64,000 bases of DNA from an uncultured Thiotrichales bacterium (lineage in GTDB: Bacteria; Pseudomonadota; Gammaproteobacteria; UWMA-0217), in the NCBI GenBank assembly GCA_964430355.1, contig CAYSFW010000047.1, forward strand, positions 5,090 through 69,089, given 5' to 3'. The position numbers and the translations under genes are program-made. This document shows positions 52,465 to 61,112 of this stretch, piece by piece (positions within the stretch are counted from its first letter, which is position 1; every line of letters begins with the position of its first letter). Below the pieces are notes generated by a model. That model searched no databases. It was not told the DNA's origin and saw only the letters and a program-made list of their open reading frames with translations.

Positions 52465-53462
52465 AAGGACCTTACATGCCGCTGCCTGGCCCGCTGCCGG
52501 CGGCGCTGCAGCTCACTCCGGACGGACGGCTGCGGCATTTCCTGACCATTGAAGGGCTGTCGGCAGCGCTGCTCGAGGAGATTCTGAGTGTCTCCGAATC
52601 GTTTACGAGCATCACGGCACAACCGGTCAAGAAGGTGCCCCTGCTGCGCGGCAAGACGATCTTCAATCTGTTTTTCGAAGCCAGCACACGCACCCGTACG
52701 ACCTTCGAGCTGGCGGCCAAGCGCCTGTCGGCGGACGTGATGAACATGAACATCAGCACCTCGGCCACGACCAAGGGGGAGAGTCTGCTCGACACCCTGC
52801 GCAACCTCGAGGCGATGCACAGCGATATGTTCATCGTGCGGCATTCGGAGAGCGGTGCGGCCCAGCTCATCGCCCGCCACGTCGCCCCCCACATCAGCGT
52901 CATCAATGCGGGCGACGGCCGCCATGCGCACCCCACCCAGGCGATGCTCGATGTGTTCACCATCCGGCGCCGCAAGGGTGACCTGAAGCAGCTGACGGTG
53001 GCCATCGTGGGAGACATCCTCCACTCGCGGGTGGCGCGCTCGCAAATCCAGGCCCTCAACACGCTCGGCGTCGGCGAGCTGCGCGTGATCGCACCGAAGA
53101 CCCTGCTGCCCGCGGAGGTCGAGGCGCTCGGGGTCAAGGTTTTTCACTCGCTGCAGACGGGGCTGCGGGATGTCGATGTCGTAATCATGCTGCGGTTGCA
53201 AAAGGAACGCATGAGCGTTGCGCTGATCCCGAGCGAGAATGAGTACTACCGCCTGTATGGACTGACCACCGAGCGGCTGGCCTACGCCAAGCCGGATGCG
53301 ATCGTTATGCACCCAGGGCCGGCGAACCGCGGCGTCGAGATCGCCTCGGAGGTGGCCGACGGCCCGCAGTCGGTCATCCTCGAGCAGGTCAGCAACGGTC
53401 TGGCCGTGCGCATGGCCGTCATGTCGATGTGTCTCGGCGCACAACCAGGGGCAGGCCGATGA
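52461..53462 (+). CDS. pyrB: aspartate carbamoyltransferase catalytic subunit
   Basis: STRTR and HPTQ motifs. An alternative start is at 52476. Confidence 0.95.
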   Translation: MKGPYMPLPGPLPAALQLTPDGRLRHFLTIEGLSAALLEEILSVSESFTSITAQPVKKVPLLRGKTIFNLFFEASTRTRTTFELAAKRLSADVMNMNISTSATTKGESLLDTLRNLEAMHSDMFIVRHSESGAAQLIARHVAPHISVINAGDGRHAHPTQAMLDVFTIRRRKGDLKQLTVAIVGDILHSRVARSQIQALNTLGVGELRVIAPKTLLPAEVEALGVKVFHSLQTGLRDVDVVIMLRLQKERMSVALIPSENEYYRLYGLTTERLAYAKPDAIVMHPGPANRGVEIASEVADGPQSVILEQVSNGLAVRMAVMSMCLGAQPGAGR

Positions 53463-54733
53463 GGATCGCCATCGAAAACGGTCACCTGGTCGATCCGGCC
53501 AACGGCATCGATCGCGTCTGCTCGCTCTACATCGACGACGATCGGGTGGTCGGTGTGGGTGCTGCGCCCCCTGCCTTCATCGCCAACCGCATCATCGATG
53601 CCCGCGATCGGCTCGTGATGCCGGGCATCGTCGATCTGTCGGCCCGGCTGGGCGAGCCAGGGTTCGAGTACAAGGGCGACATCGACAGTGAGTCCGCCGC
53701 TGCTGTGAGCGCGGGCATCACTACGCTCTGTACGCCACCTGACACCTCGCCAGCCATCGACACGGCGGCTGGCATCGAGTTCATCGAACGGCGTCGCGAG
53801 AGTGTGGATCTCGCACGGATCTACGTCTACGGCGCGATCACCGAACGACTGGAGGGGCGCCAGCTTACCGAGATGGCGAGTCTCAAGGCCGCCGGGTGTA
53901 TCGCTGTCACCAACGTCAACCGCCCGTTCGCCAACGCGCGTGTGGCCCGGCAGGCGTTGGAGTACGCGGCGAGCCATGAGCTCACCGTGCTCATCTATCC
54001 CGAGGACGCCTCACTCGCCGATGGCGGTTGCGCGCACGAGGGCGCCGTGGCGACCCAGCTTGGTCTGCCATTCATACCGGAGGCGGCGGAAACCTCAGCG
54101 ATCGGTTTTTACCTGCCGTTGATCGAGAAGGCTGGGGTGCGTGCGCATTTCTGCCGACTCTCGTCGGCGAAGGGAATGAACATGGTGCGTCGCGCTCGGC
54201 ATGACGGTCTGCCCGTGACTGCGGATGTGTGCGCACACCAGTTATTCCTGACGGAAGACGACATCGCGGACTTCAACTCGCTTTGCCACACCCGCCCACC
54301 GCTGCGCAGCGCGCGGGACCGCAGCGGACTGCGCCGCGGACTTGCCGAACATGGGTTGGATGCGATCTGCTCGGATCACCAGCCGCATGAGCTGGATGCG
54401 AAACTAGCGCCGTTTCAGGCGACCGAGCCCGGCATCTCCGCGCTCGAGACGTTGTTGCCGTTGACCTTGCGGTTGGTGGAGGAGGGCGTCCTCACGTTGG
54501 CCCAGGCGGTGGCGCTCATCACCACGCGGCCGGCCTCGATCCTAGGGTTGCCGCTCGGTCGGCTAGGCGTCGGTGATCTGGCGGATGTGTGTATCGTCGA
54601 TCCGGCTGCTGAGTGGGTGTGCGACCCGCAGCGCTTTGCGAGCAAGGGCAAGAACTCACCGTTCGGCGGCTGGGTGTTCCGTGGCCGGGTGACGCATACC
54701 TTCGTGGGAGGGCGCCTGGTTTACGAGCTGTGA
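53459..54733 (+). CDS. pyrC': dihydroorotase-like protein, probably non-catalytic (PyrC')
   Basis: Amidohydrolase fold, but the N-terminal HxH metal motif is replaced (…[16 protein letters not shown]…). Same position as the P. aeruginosa pyrC' downstream of pyrB. Confidence 0.75.
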   Translation: MRIAIENGHLVDPANGIDRVCSLYIDDDRVVGVGAAPPAFIANRIIDARDRLVMPGIVDLSARLGEPGFEYKGDIDSESAAAVSAGITTLCTPPDTSPAIDTAAGIEFIERRRESVDLARIYVYGAITERLEGRQLTEMASLKAAGCIAVTNVNRPFANARVARQALEYAASHELTVLIYPEDASLADGGCAHEGAVATQLGLPFIPEAAETSAIGFYLPLIEKAGVRAHFCRLSSAKGMNMVRRARHDGLPVTADVCAHQLFLTEDDIADFNSLCHTRPPLRSARDRSGLRRGLAEHGLDAICSDHQPHELDAKLAPFQATEPGISALETLLPLTLRLVEEGVLTLAQAVALITTRPASILGLPLGRLGVGDLADVCIVDPAAEWVCDPQRFASKGKNSPFGGWVFRGRVTHTFVGGRLVYEL

Positions 54734-54744
54734 CCGGGATTCGC

Positions 54745-55989
54745 TCAGGCGGGCGTCTGGCGGGCGCGCGCTCGTGCCTTGAGAAAGCTGTCGAAGTCAC
54801 TGAGTACACCTGGGTCCGCCGGTCGGCTCGTTGCTGGGGCCTCGCCGCCCTGCGTACTTTCGGCGGAGCCGGTGGCCCCTGGCGCTGGGTCGCCAGATTC
54901 GCGGGTTTCCACCCCGCCACCGAAATTGATCCGCCACTCCAGGTTGTTGCGTGAGTCCGCGTTGGCGAGCGCCTCCTCGCGGCTGATCTCGCCCTGTTCA
55001 TAGAGTCGCACCAGGGATTGGTCGAACGTCTGCATCCCCACAGCATCGCCCTTCTCCATGATGTCCTTGATCTCGTGCACCTTCCCCTGGCGAATGAGTT
55101 CGGCGATGAAGGGTGTGTTGATCAGGACTTCGACGGCTGGGATTCGCGGTGCCTTCAGCCCGCGCAACAGGCGCTGCGAGACGATCGCGCGCAGGTTGAG
55201 CGACAGGTCCATGAGGATACGGTTGCGGGTGTCGGTCGGAAACAGATTGATGATGCGGTCCAACGCCTGGTTGGCGTTGACCGCGTGCAGCGTGGACAGC
55301 ACCAGGTGCCCGGTGTCGGCAAATTTGAGCGCCGCCTGCATGGTGGATTCCTCGCGGATCTCCCCGATCATGATGACGTCGGGGGACTCGCGCATCGCTT
55401 CGCGCAGGGCGTTGTCGTAGCTCAGCGTGTCGATGCCGACCTCGCGCTGGCCGACAATGGATTTTTTGTGGGTGTGGGTGAACTCGATCGGGTCCTCGAC
55501 GGTGAGGATGTGCCCGTAGGCCGTCTGGTTTCGATAGTTGATCATCGAGGCCAGCGTTGTGGACTTGCCCATGCCGGTTGATCCGACGACCAGCACCAGA
55601 CCCTGCCGGGCCATCACGAGCTCCTTCAGTACGGGCGGCATGCGCAGCGCGTCGAGCTCAGGAATGGCGCTGCTGATGTAGCGCACCACCATCGAGACCT
55701 CACCGCGCTGCAGGTAGACGTTGATACGGAAACGCCCGATGCGCGACACCGAGGTCGCGAAGTTCATCTCCAGATTGCGCTCGAAATCGGCACGCTGCTG
55801 GGGCGTCATCAACTCGTAGGCCAGGTGCCGCACGACACCGGGCATCAGCGGCTTGTCCCCGAACGGGCGAACCTCGCCCTGAAGCTTGATACAGGGGGGC
55901 GCCCCGGTGGTCAAAAAGATGTCTGAGCCTCCCTGCGCCGCCATGTAACGCAGGTAGCTCTCGATCAGGGGTGGCTTCTGGTCCGTCAT
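54745..55989 (-). CDS. PilT/PilU-family retraction ATPase paralog with a disordered ~65-aa C-terminal tail
   Basis: Walker A GSTGMGKST, Asp box and His box. It is closer to PilU than to PilT, with a Gly/Ser/Pro/Ala-rich tail. Confidence 0.8.
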   Translation of the reverse strand: MTDQKPPLIESYLRYMAAQGGSDIFLTTGAPPCIKLQGEVRPFGDKPLMPGVVRHLAYELMTPQQRADFERNLEMNFATSVSRIGRFRINVYLQRGEVSMVVRYISSAIPELDALRMPPVLKELVMARQGLVLVVGSTGMGKSTTLASMINYRNQTAYGHILTVEDPIEFTHTHKKSIVGQREVGIDTLSYDNALREAMRESPDVIMIGEIREESTMQAALKFADTGHLVLSTLHAVNANQALDRIINLFPTDTRNRILMDLSLNLRAIVSQRLLRGLKAPRIPAVEVLINTPFIAELIRQGKVHEIKDIMEKGDAVGMQTFDQSLVRLYEQGEISREEALANADSRNNLEWRINFGGGVETRESGDPAPGATGSAESTQGGEAPATSRPADPGVLSDFDSFLKARARARQTPA

Positions 55990-56032
55990 GCCGGTCTTCT
56001 TATTGTTCCTTTGGTTGCGCCGCGTCGGGCTC

Positions 56033-57199
56033 TCAACGCATCAGCTTCTGATCGTCGCGCGAGCCCTGAAGTACCAGACCCTCCGCCTTGTCCAGGTGCG
56101 CCTCGCGGTGCACCCTCTTGCTTTCGAGCTTGATGCGCAGGCGCAAGTTGTTGACCGAATCCGCGTGGCGGAGCGCTTCCTGGAAACTGATGAGCCCGCG
56201 TTCGAAGAGGTCGAACAGCGCTTGATCGAAGGTCTGCATCCCCTGTTCCGCTGAGTTGTGTATCAACTCCTTCATCTCCGCGATGCGGCCCTTGAGAATG
56301 AGGTCCGACATCAAGGGGGTATTGAGCAGGATCTCGACCGCGGGTACCCGTTTTTGTTGATCGATGCCACGCACCAGACGCTGTGAAAGCACGGCGCGCA
56401 GGTTCAGCGACAGGTCCATCTGCACCTGCTGGCGCCGCTCCTCGGGGAAGAAGTTGAGCACCCGCTCCAACGCCTGGTTGGCGTTGTTGGCGTGCACGGT
56501 GGACATGCACAGGTGGCCGGTCTCGGCAAACGTGATGGCATAGTCCATGGTGGCGCGGTCGCGGATCTCCCCGAGTACGATGACGTCCGGCGCCTGACGC
56601 AGCGCGTTTTTCAACGCCGTTTCGTAGGACTCGGTATCGATGCCGACCTCCCGCTGGGTCACGATGCACTGGTCGTGCTCATGCACGAACTCGATCGGGT
56701 CCTCAATCGTAATGATGTGGCCGCGGGTGTTTCGATTGCGGTAGCCGAGCATGGCAGCGAGCGTGCTCGACTTACCGGACCCGGTCGCGCCGACCACGAG
56801 TACCAGCCCGCGCCGCGTGAGCGCGATCTCGCGCAGCGAACTGGGCAGGTTGAGTTCCTCGAACGAGGGAATGCGGTCGTTAATGCGGCGCAGCACCATG
56901 GCATAGGTGCCGCGCTGCATGAGGGCACTCACGCGAAAGCGCGCCACGCCGGGCACGGAGATGGAGAACCCGGTCTCCTGATGGCGCTCGAACTCGCCGA
57001 GCTGCCGGTCGTTCATCAGGGCCCGCACCAGCATCTGTGTGTGCGCGGGGGTCAACGTCTGCTGGGTCAGCGACTGCATCAGGTTGTTGACCTTGACGCT
57101 GGGTGGTGCACCTGCCGTGATGAACAGGTCGGAGCCGTTCAACTCGACCATTGAGCGCAGCAGCTCGTGGATGAACTCGATGGCCTTACTGCGATCCAT
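56033..57199 (-). CDS. pilU: type IV pilus ATPase PilU
   Basis: Walker A GATGSGKSST, with PilU-specific C-terminal motifs. The start is taken at MDRSKAI. Confidence 0.85.
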   Translation of the reverse strand: MDRSKAIEFIHELLRSMVELNGSDLFITAGAPPSVKVNNLMQSLTQQTLTPAHTQMLVRALMNDRQLGEFERHQETGFSISVPGVARFRVSALMQRGTYAMVLRRINDRIPSFEELNLPSSLREIALTRRGLVLVVGATGSGKSSTLAAMLGYRNRNTRGHIITIEDPIEFVHEHDQCIVTQREVGIDTESYETALKNALRQAPDVIVLGEIRDRATMDYAITFAETGHLCMSTVHANNANQALERVLNFFPEERRQQVQMDLSLNLRAVLSQRLVRGIDQQKRVPAVEILLNTPLMSDLILKGRIAEMKELIHNSAEQGMQTFDQALFDLFERGLISFQEALRHADSVNNLRLRIKLESKRVHREAHLDKAEGLVLQGSRDDQKLMR

Positions 57200-57377
57200 C
57201 TTGCCGTGTTCCCGTGGTTGAGGTCGTTGCCAGGTGCGCACCGTCGGCGCGGTGCGCCCTCGACGCCATGGCGTGCGCTGCCGAATCGTATCGCGTGAGC
57301 ACTGGCCCCGATGGCCTCGTTACTGTGGAGTGCCTCACTCGCACCGCATCGTAACGGCTCATGGGATGCGCAACGGT

Positions 57378-58412
57378 CTACAGCGACTCGGGGTTCACGG
57401 CGCGCAGCCGCGCTTCCTCGCGCGTCACCACGCCCTTGCTGAGCAGCGCCTTGAGGCTCTGGTCGAGCGTCTGCATCCCTTCTTTTTGGCCGGTCTGGAT
57501 GGCGGAGTACATCTGCGCGACCTTGCCTTCACGAATCAGGTTGCGGATGGCCGGCGTGCCGATCATGATCTCGTGGGCGGCAACCCGGCCGCCACCCACC
57601 TTTTTCAGCAGCGTTTGCGAAATGACCGCGCGCAGCGATTCTGACAGCATCGCGCGCACCATGTCCTTTTCCTCTGCGGGGAACACGTCCACGATCCGGT
57701 CGATGGTTTTCGCGGCCGAGGTCGTGTGCAGGGTGCCGAAGACCAGGTGGCCGGTTTCTGCGGCGGTGAGTGCCAGCCGGATCGTCTCGAGGTCGCGCAT
57801 CTCACCCACGAGGATGGTGTCGGGGTCCTCACGCAGAGCGGAGCGCAGGGCCTCATTGAAGCCGTGCGTGTCGCGGTGCACCTCGCGTTGGTTGACTAGG
57901 CACTTTTTCGATTCGTGAACGAATTCGATGGGGTCTTCGATGGTGAGGATGTGACCGAAGTCGTTCTCATTTTTGTAGTTGACCATCGCGGCCAGGGTGG
58001 TGGACTTGCCCGAACCGGTCGGGCCGGTGACCAGCACGAGGCCGCGCGGGTAGGAAGAGATTTTCTTGAACACCTCGGGTGCGTCGAGTTGCTCGAGTGT
58101 GAGTACGGTCGACGGAATGGTGCGGAACACCGCGCCGGGGCCGCGGTCGTGGGTGAAGGCGTTGACGCGAAAGCGCGCGAGACCTTTGATCTCAAAAGAA
58201 AAATCGGTCTCCAGGAATTCCTCGTAATCCTTGCGCTGCTTGTCCGACATGATGTCGTAAACCATCGCATGCACGTCCTTATTAGACAGCGACGGCACGT
58301 TCAGTCGCCGGATGTCGCCGTCGATGCGCACCATGGGCGGCAGGCCGGCGGAGAGGTGCACGTCGGATGCCCCGTTTTTGACACCGAAGGCGAGAAGCTG
58401 CGTAATATCCAT
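57378..58412 (-). CDS. pilT: twitching motility ATPase PilT
   Basis: 344 aa. MDITQLLAFGVKNGASDVHLSAGLPPMVRIDGDIRR, a canonical PilT. Confidence 0.92.
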   Translation of the reverse strand: MDITQLLAFGVKNGASDVHLSAGLPPMVRIDGDIRRLNVPSLSNKDVHAMVYDIMSDKQRKDYEEFLETDFSFEIKGLARFRVNAFTHDRGPGAVFRTIPSTVLTLEQLDAPEVFKKISSYPRGLVLVTGPTGSGKSTTLAAMVNYKNENDFGHILTIEDPIEFVHESKKCLVNQREVHRDTHGFNEALRSALREDPDTILVGEMRDLETIRLALTAAETGHLVFGTLHTTSAAKTIDRIVDVFPAEEKDMVRAMLSESLRAVISQTLLKKVGGGRVAAHEIMIGTPAIRNLIREGKVAQMYSAIQTGQKEGMQTLDQSLKALLSKGVVTREEARLRAVNPESL

Positions 58413-58517
58413 ATTCTACCGAAGCGTTGCGGCCTGTTGCTCACAGCGAGCCAACGGGCGGGTTGATATTGAACGTTTTACAACAGACCCCAGCAAGTTG
58501 TACACGACACGAGTCAC

Positions 58518-59213
58518 ATGACATCGGATGACCTTTGCGGCCGTTTGGAGCGGGTGCGCTCGGAAATCGAACGTTGCTCACAGACGGCCGGCAGGGCGGT
58601 CGGGTCGGTGACGCTACTCGCCGTGAGCAAGACACACCCCGTGGAGGCCATCCGCGCGCTGCACGCCTGCGGACAGCGGGCCTTTGGCGAGAGTTATGCA
58701 CAGGAGCTCGCGGCAAAGTCGCAGGCGCTTGCGGACTTGTCGATCGAATGGCACTTCATCGGGCCGATCCAGGCCAACAAGACTCGGATCGTCAGTGCCC
58801 ATGCCGCGTGGGCGCACGGGGTCGATCGTCTGCACATCGCCGAGCGGCTGGCTGCGCAACGTCCCGCGCATCTGCCCCCGTTGCAGGTGTGCATCCAGGT
58901 CAACGTGGACGCTGAGCTCACCAAGTCCGGTGTCGGCTGGGACGAGTTGCACGGGCTCGCGACCGCGGTCGCGCGGCTCGACCCGGCGCGCCTGCGATTG
59001 CGTGGCCTGATGTGCATCCCGCGCGAACGGGTGGATCCGCGCGCGCAACGGGAGCCCTTTGCGCGCCTGCGGCAGGCGTTCGCGCAGCTCAATGCGGCCG
59101 GGTTTGCGCTCGACACGCTGTCGATGGGGATGTCGCACGACTTTGCCGCCGCCATCGCCGAGTGCGCGACGATCGTGCGCGTCGGCACAGCGATTTTTGG
59201 ACCCAGACACTGA
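58518..59213 (+). CDS. yggS: YggS-family pyridoxal-phosphate homeostasis protein
   Basis: LLAVSKTHP Lys motif and a TIM-barrel of about 230 aa, divergent from pilT as in Pseudomonas. Confidence 0.9.
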   Translation: MTSDDLCGRLERVRSEIERCSQTAGRAVGSVTLLAVSKTHPVEAIRALHACGQRAFGESYAQELAAKSQALADLSIEWHFIGPIQANKTRIVSAHAAWAHGVDRLHIAERLAAQRPAHLPPLQVCIQVNVDAELTKSGVGWDELHGLATAVARLDPARLRLRGLMCIPRERVDPRAQREPFARLRQAFAQLNAAGFALDTLSMGMSHDFAAAIAECATIVRVGTAIFGPRH

Positions 59214-59269
59214 TTCTTCATGCTCGGCCGCGTAAAATGACCCAGTTCACGGAATCCCTTCGTATCCCC

Positions 59270-60106
59270 ATGCAGACACCAGCTATCGGATTCATTGGCG
59301 GCGGCAATATGGCGCGCTGCCTGATCGGTGGCATGCTCAGCAACAGCTGGCCGGCCGCTACGCTGCACGTGGCTGACCCGCTGCCGGAGCAGTGTGACCT
59401 GATCCATGCCCTCGATCCGGCGGTGCACTGCTCGCGCGATAACCGGGCCGTTGTCGAGGCGGCCGAGGTGCTGGTGCTCGCGGTCAAGCCCCAGGTCATG
59501 CAGTCGGTGGCGCGCGAGATCGCCCCGGTGGTGCAGGTGCGGCGGCCTTTGGTGATCTCCATTGCCGCGGGCATCCGCAGCGCGGACCTCGCTCGCTGGC
59601 TGGGGGGCGACCTGCCGTTGGTGCGCTGCATGCCAAACACCCCCGCGTTGGTGCAGACGGGCGCTACGGCGCTATTCGCGAATGCCGTGGCTTCCGCCGA
59701 GCACCGTGCGCTCGCCGAGCGGATGATGCGCTCGGTGGGCATCACGCTGTGGGTTGACGATGAGGCGCAGATGGATGCCGTCACCGCGCTGTCGGGCAGT
59801 GGGCCGGCGTATGTGTTCCTCGTGATCGAAGCCATGCAGGAGGCGGGCGAGCGCCTAGGGCTGCCCGCGCAGACGGCGCGTCTGCTCGCGCTGCAGACGG
59901 TGTTTGGCGCGGCCAAGCTCGCGCTTGAGAGTGACGATCCGGCTGACGTATTGCGCGCCCGGGTGACCTCGAAGGGGGGTACTACCGAGCGTGCACTGCA
60001 GGTGTTCGAAGAAGGGGGCTTGCGCACCCTGTTCGGTCGGGCGATGGGGGCGGCGGCCGACCGAGCGGCAGAATTGGCAGAGCAACTGGGAAGTGACTCC
60101 GTATGA
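59270..60106 (+). CDS. proC: pyrroline-5-carboxylate reductase
   Basis: IGFIGGGNMA Rossmann motif. An alternative in-frame start is at 59237. Confidence 0.9.
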   Translation: MQTPAIGFIGGGNMARCLIGGMLSNSWPAATLHVADPLPEQCDLIHALDPAVHCSRDNRAVVEAAEVLVLAVKPQVMQSVAREIAPVVQVRRPLVISIAAGIRSADLARWLGGDLPLVRCMPNTPALVQTGATALFANAVASAEHRALAERMMRSVGITLWVDDEAQMDAVTALSGSGPAYVFLVIEAMQEAGERLGLPAQTARLLALQTVFGAAKLALESDDPADVLRARVTSKGGTTERALQVFEEGGLRTLFGRAMGAAADRAAELAEQLGSDSV

Positions 60107-60660
60107 GCGTCTTGTCCGACATCGCGTTCTTTCTCATCGACACGCTGTTTACGCTGTATATCGCGCTGGTGATGATCCGGACGCTGCTGGGCGCCTCGCG
60201 GGCCGACTTTTACAACCCTTTCTCGCAGTTCGTCGTGTCGGCGACGAACCCCGTGCTCCGGCCACTGCGACGCATCATTCAGCCCATCGGGCGCATCGAT
60301 ACCGCGGCGATCGTCGTGATGCTGGGCTTGAAGCTCGTCCAGCTCGCGCTGCTGCTGTTCATCGAGGGGCAGTCTCCGCAGTTCCTGTGGCTGCTCACCT
60401 TCTCCGTGCTCCAGCTGCTTGAGCTGCTGATCTACATCTACATGTTCTCGATCATCGCCGAGGCGGTGCTGAGCTGGATCAACCCCGCGGGGGTTTACGG
60501 GGGAGAAAACCCGCTCTACTCGATCCTGCACAGCGTCAATATGCCCGTGATCTACCCGCTGTCGCAGGTCGTGCCGCGTATCGGCATGGTTGACATCACG
60601 CCGCTGGTGGCCATCCTGCTCCTCAATATCGCGTTGATCGTGATTCGCGCGTTTTACTGA
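60103..60660 (+). CDS. yggT: YggT-family membrane protein
   Basis: About 185 aa with 4-5 TM helices. ATGA overlap with proC. Confidence 0.85.
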   Translation: MSVLSDIAFFLIDTLFTLYIALVMIRTLLGASRADFYNPFSQFVVSATNPVLRPLRRIIQPIGRIDTAAIVVMLGLKLVQLALLLFIEGQSPQFLWLLTFSVLQLLELLIYIYMFSIIAEAVLSWINPAGVYGGENPLYSILHSVNMPVIYPLSQVVPRIGMVDITPLVAILLLNIALIVIRAFY

Positions 60661-60951
60661 ATGACTGGCTGGTACCGGTGGGACGGCGAAGACCTGCGGC
60701 TGAGTGTCCGAGTCGCACCGCGCAGCGGGCGTGACGAATTCGGCGAGGTGCTCGACGGCCGCATCAAGCTGCGCATCACGGCCGCGCCCGTCGACGGCCA
60801 GGCCAATGCCCACCTGGTGAGGTTCCTCGCAAAGCACTTCCGCGTGCCCATGAGCCAGGTGGTGCTGGTGAGCGGTGAAACCAGCCGGGATAAGTCCTTT
60901 CGTATCGCGCGGCCGCGGCAGCTCCCGGCCAGCATCGCCAGACCCGCCTGA
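60661..60951 (+). CDS. yggU: DUF167 (YggU) family protein
   Basis: LRITAAPVDGQANAHLVRFLAK motif. Confidence 0.8.
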   Translation: MTGWYRWDGEDLRLSVRVAPRSGRDEFGEVLDGRIKLRITAAPVDGQANAHLVRFLAKHFRVPMSQVVLVSGETSRDKSFRIARPRQLPASIARPA

Positions 60952-61112
60952 GGGCGGAGCAGCCGCCTCGCCTGAACGGGCCGCACGGACCCGTTAGCCA
61001 CGCTGATAAGGCCCCGTTATCGTCGAATAAGCAAAAAGAATTTCCCCAGCAGGCGGTGTTCCGGGACACTTTGCGATCCGTTCGGTAGATTCGAATTTTC
61101 TCATATTCTGAT

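Noticed and set aside
59218-60837. 539-aa ORF on the - strand
   Set aside because: Antisense to proC and yggT; the translation is Arg/Ala/Ser-rich without motifs.
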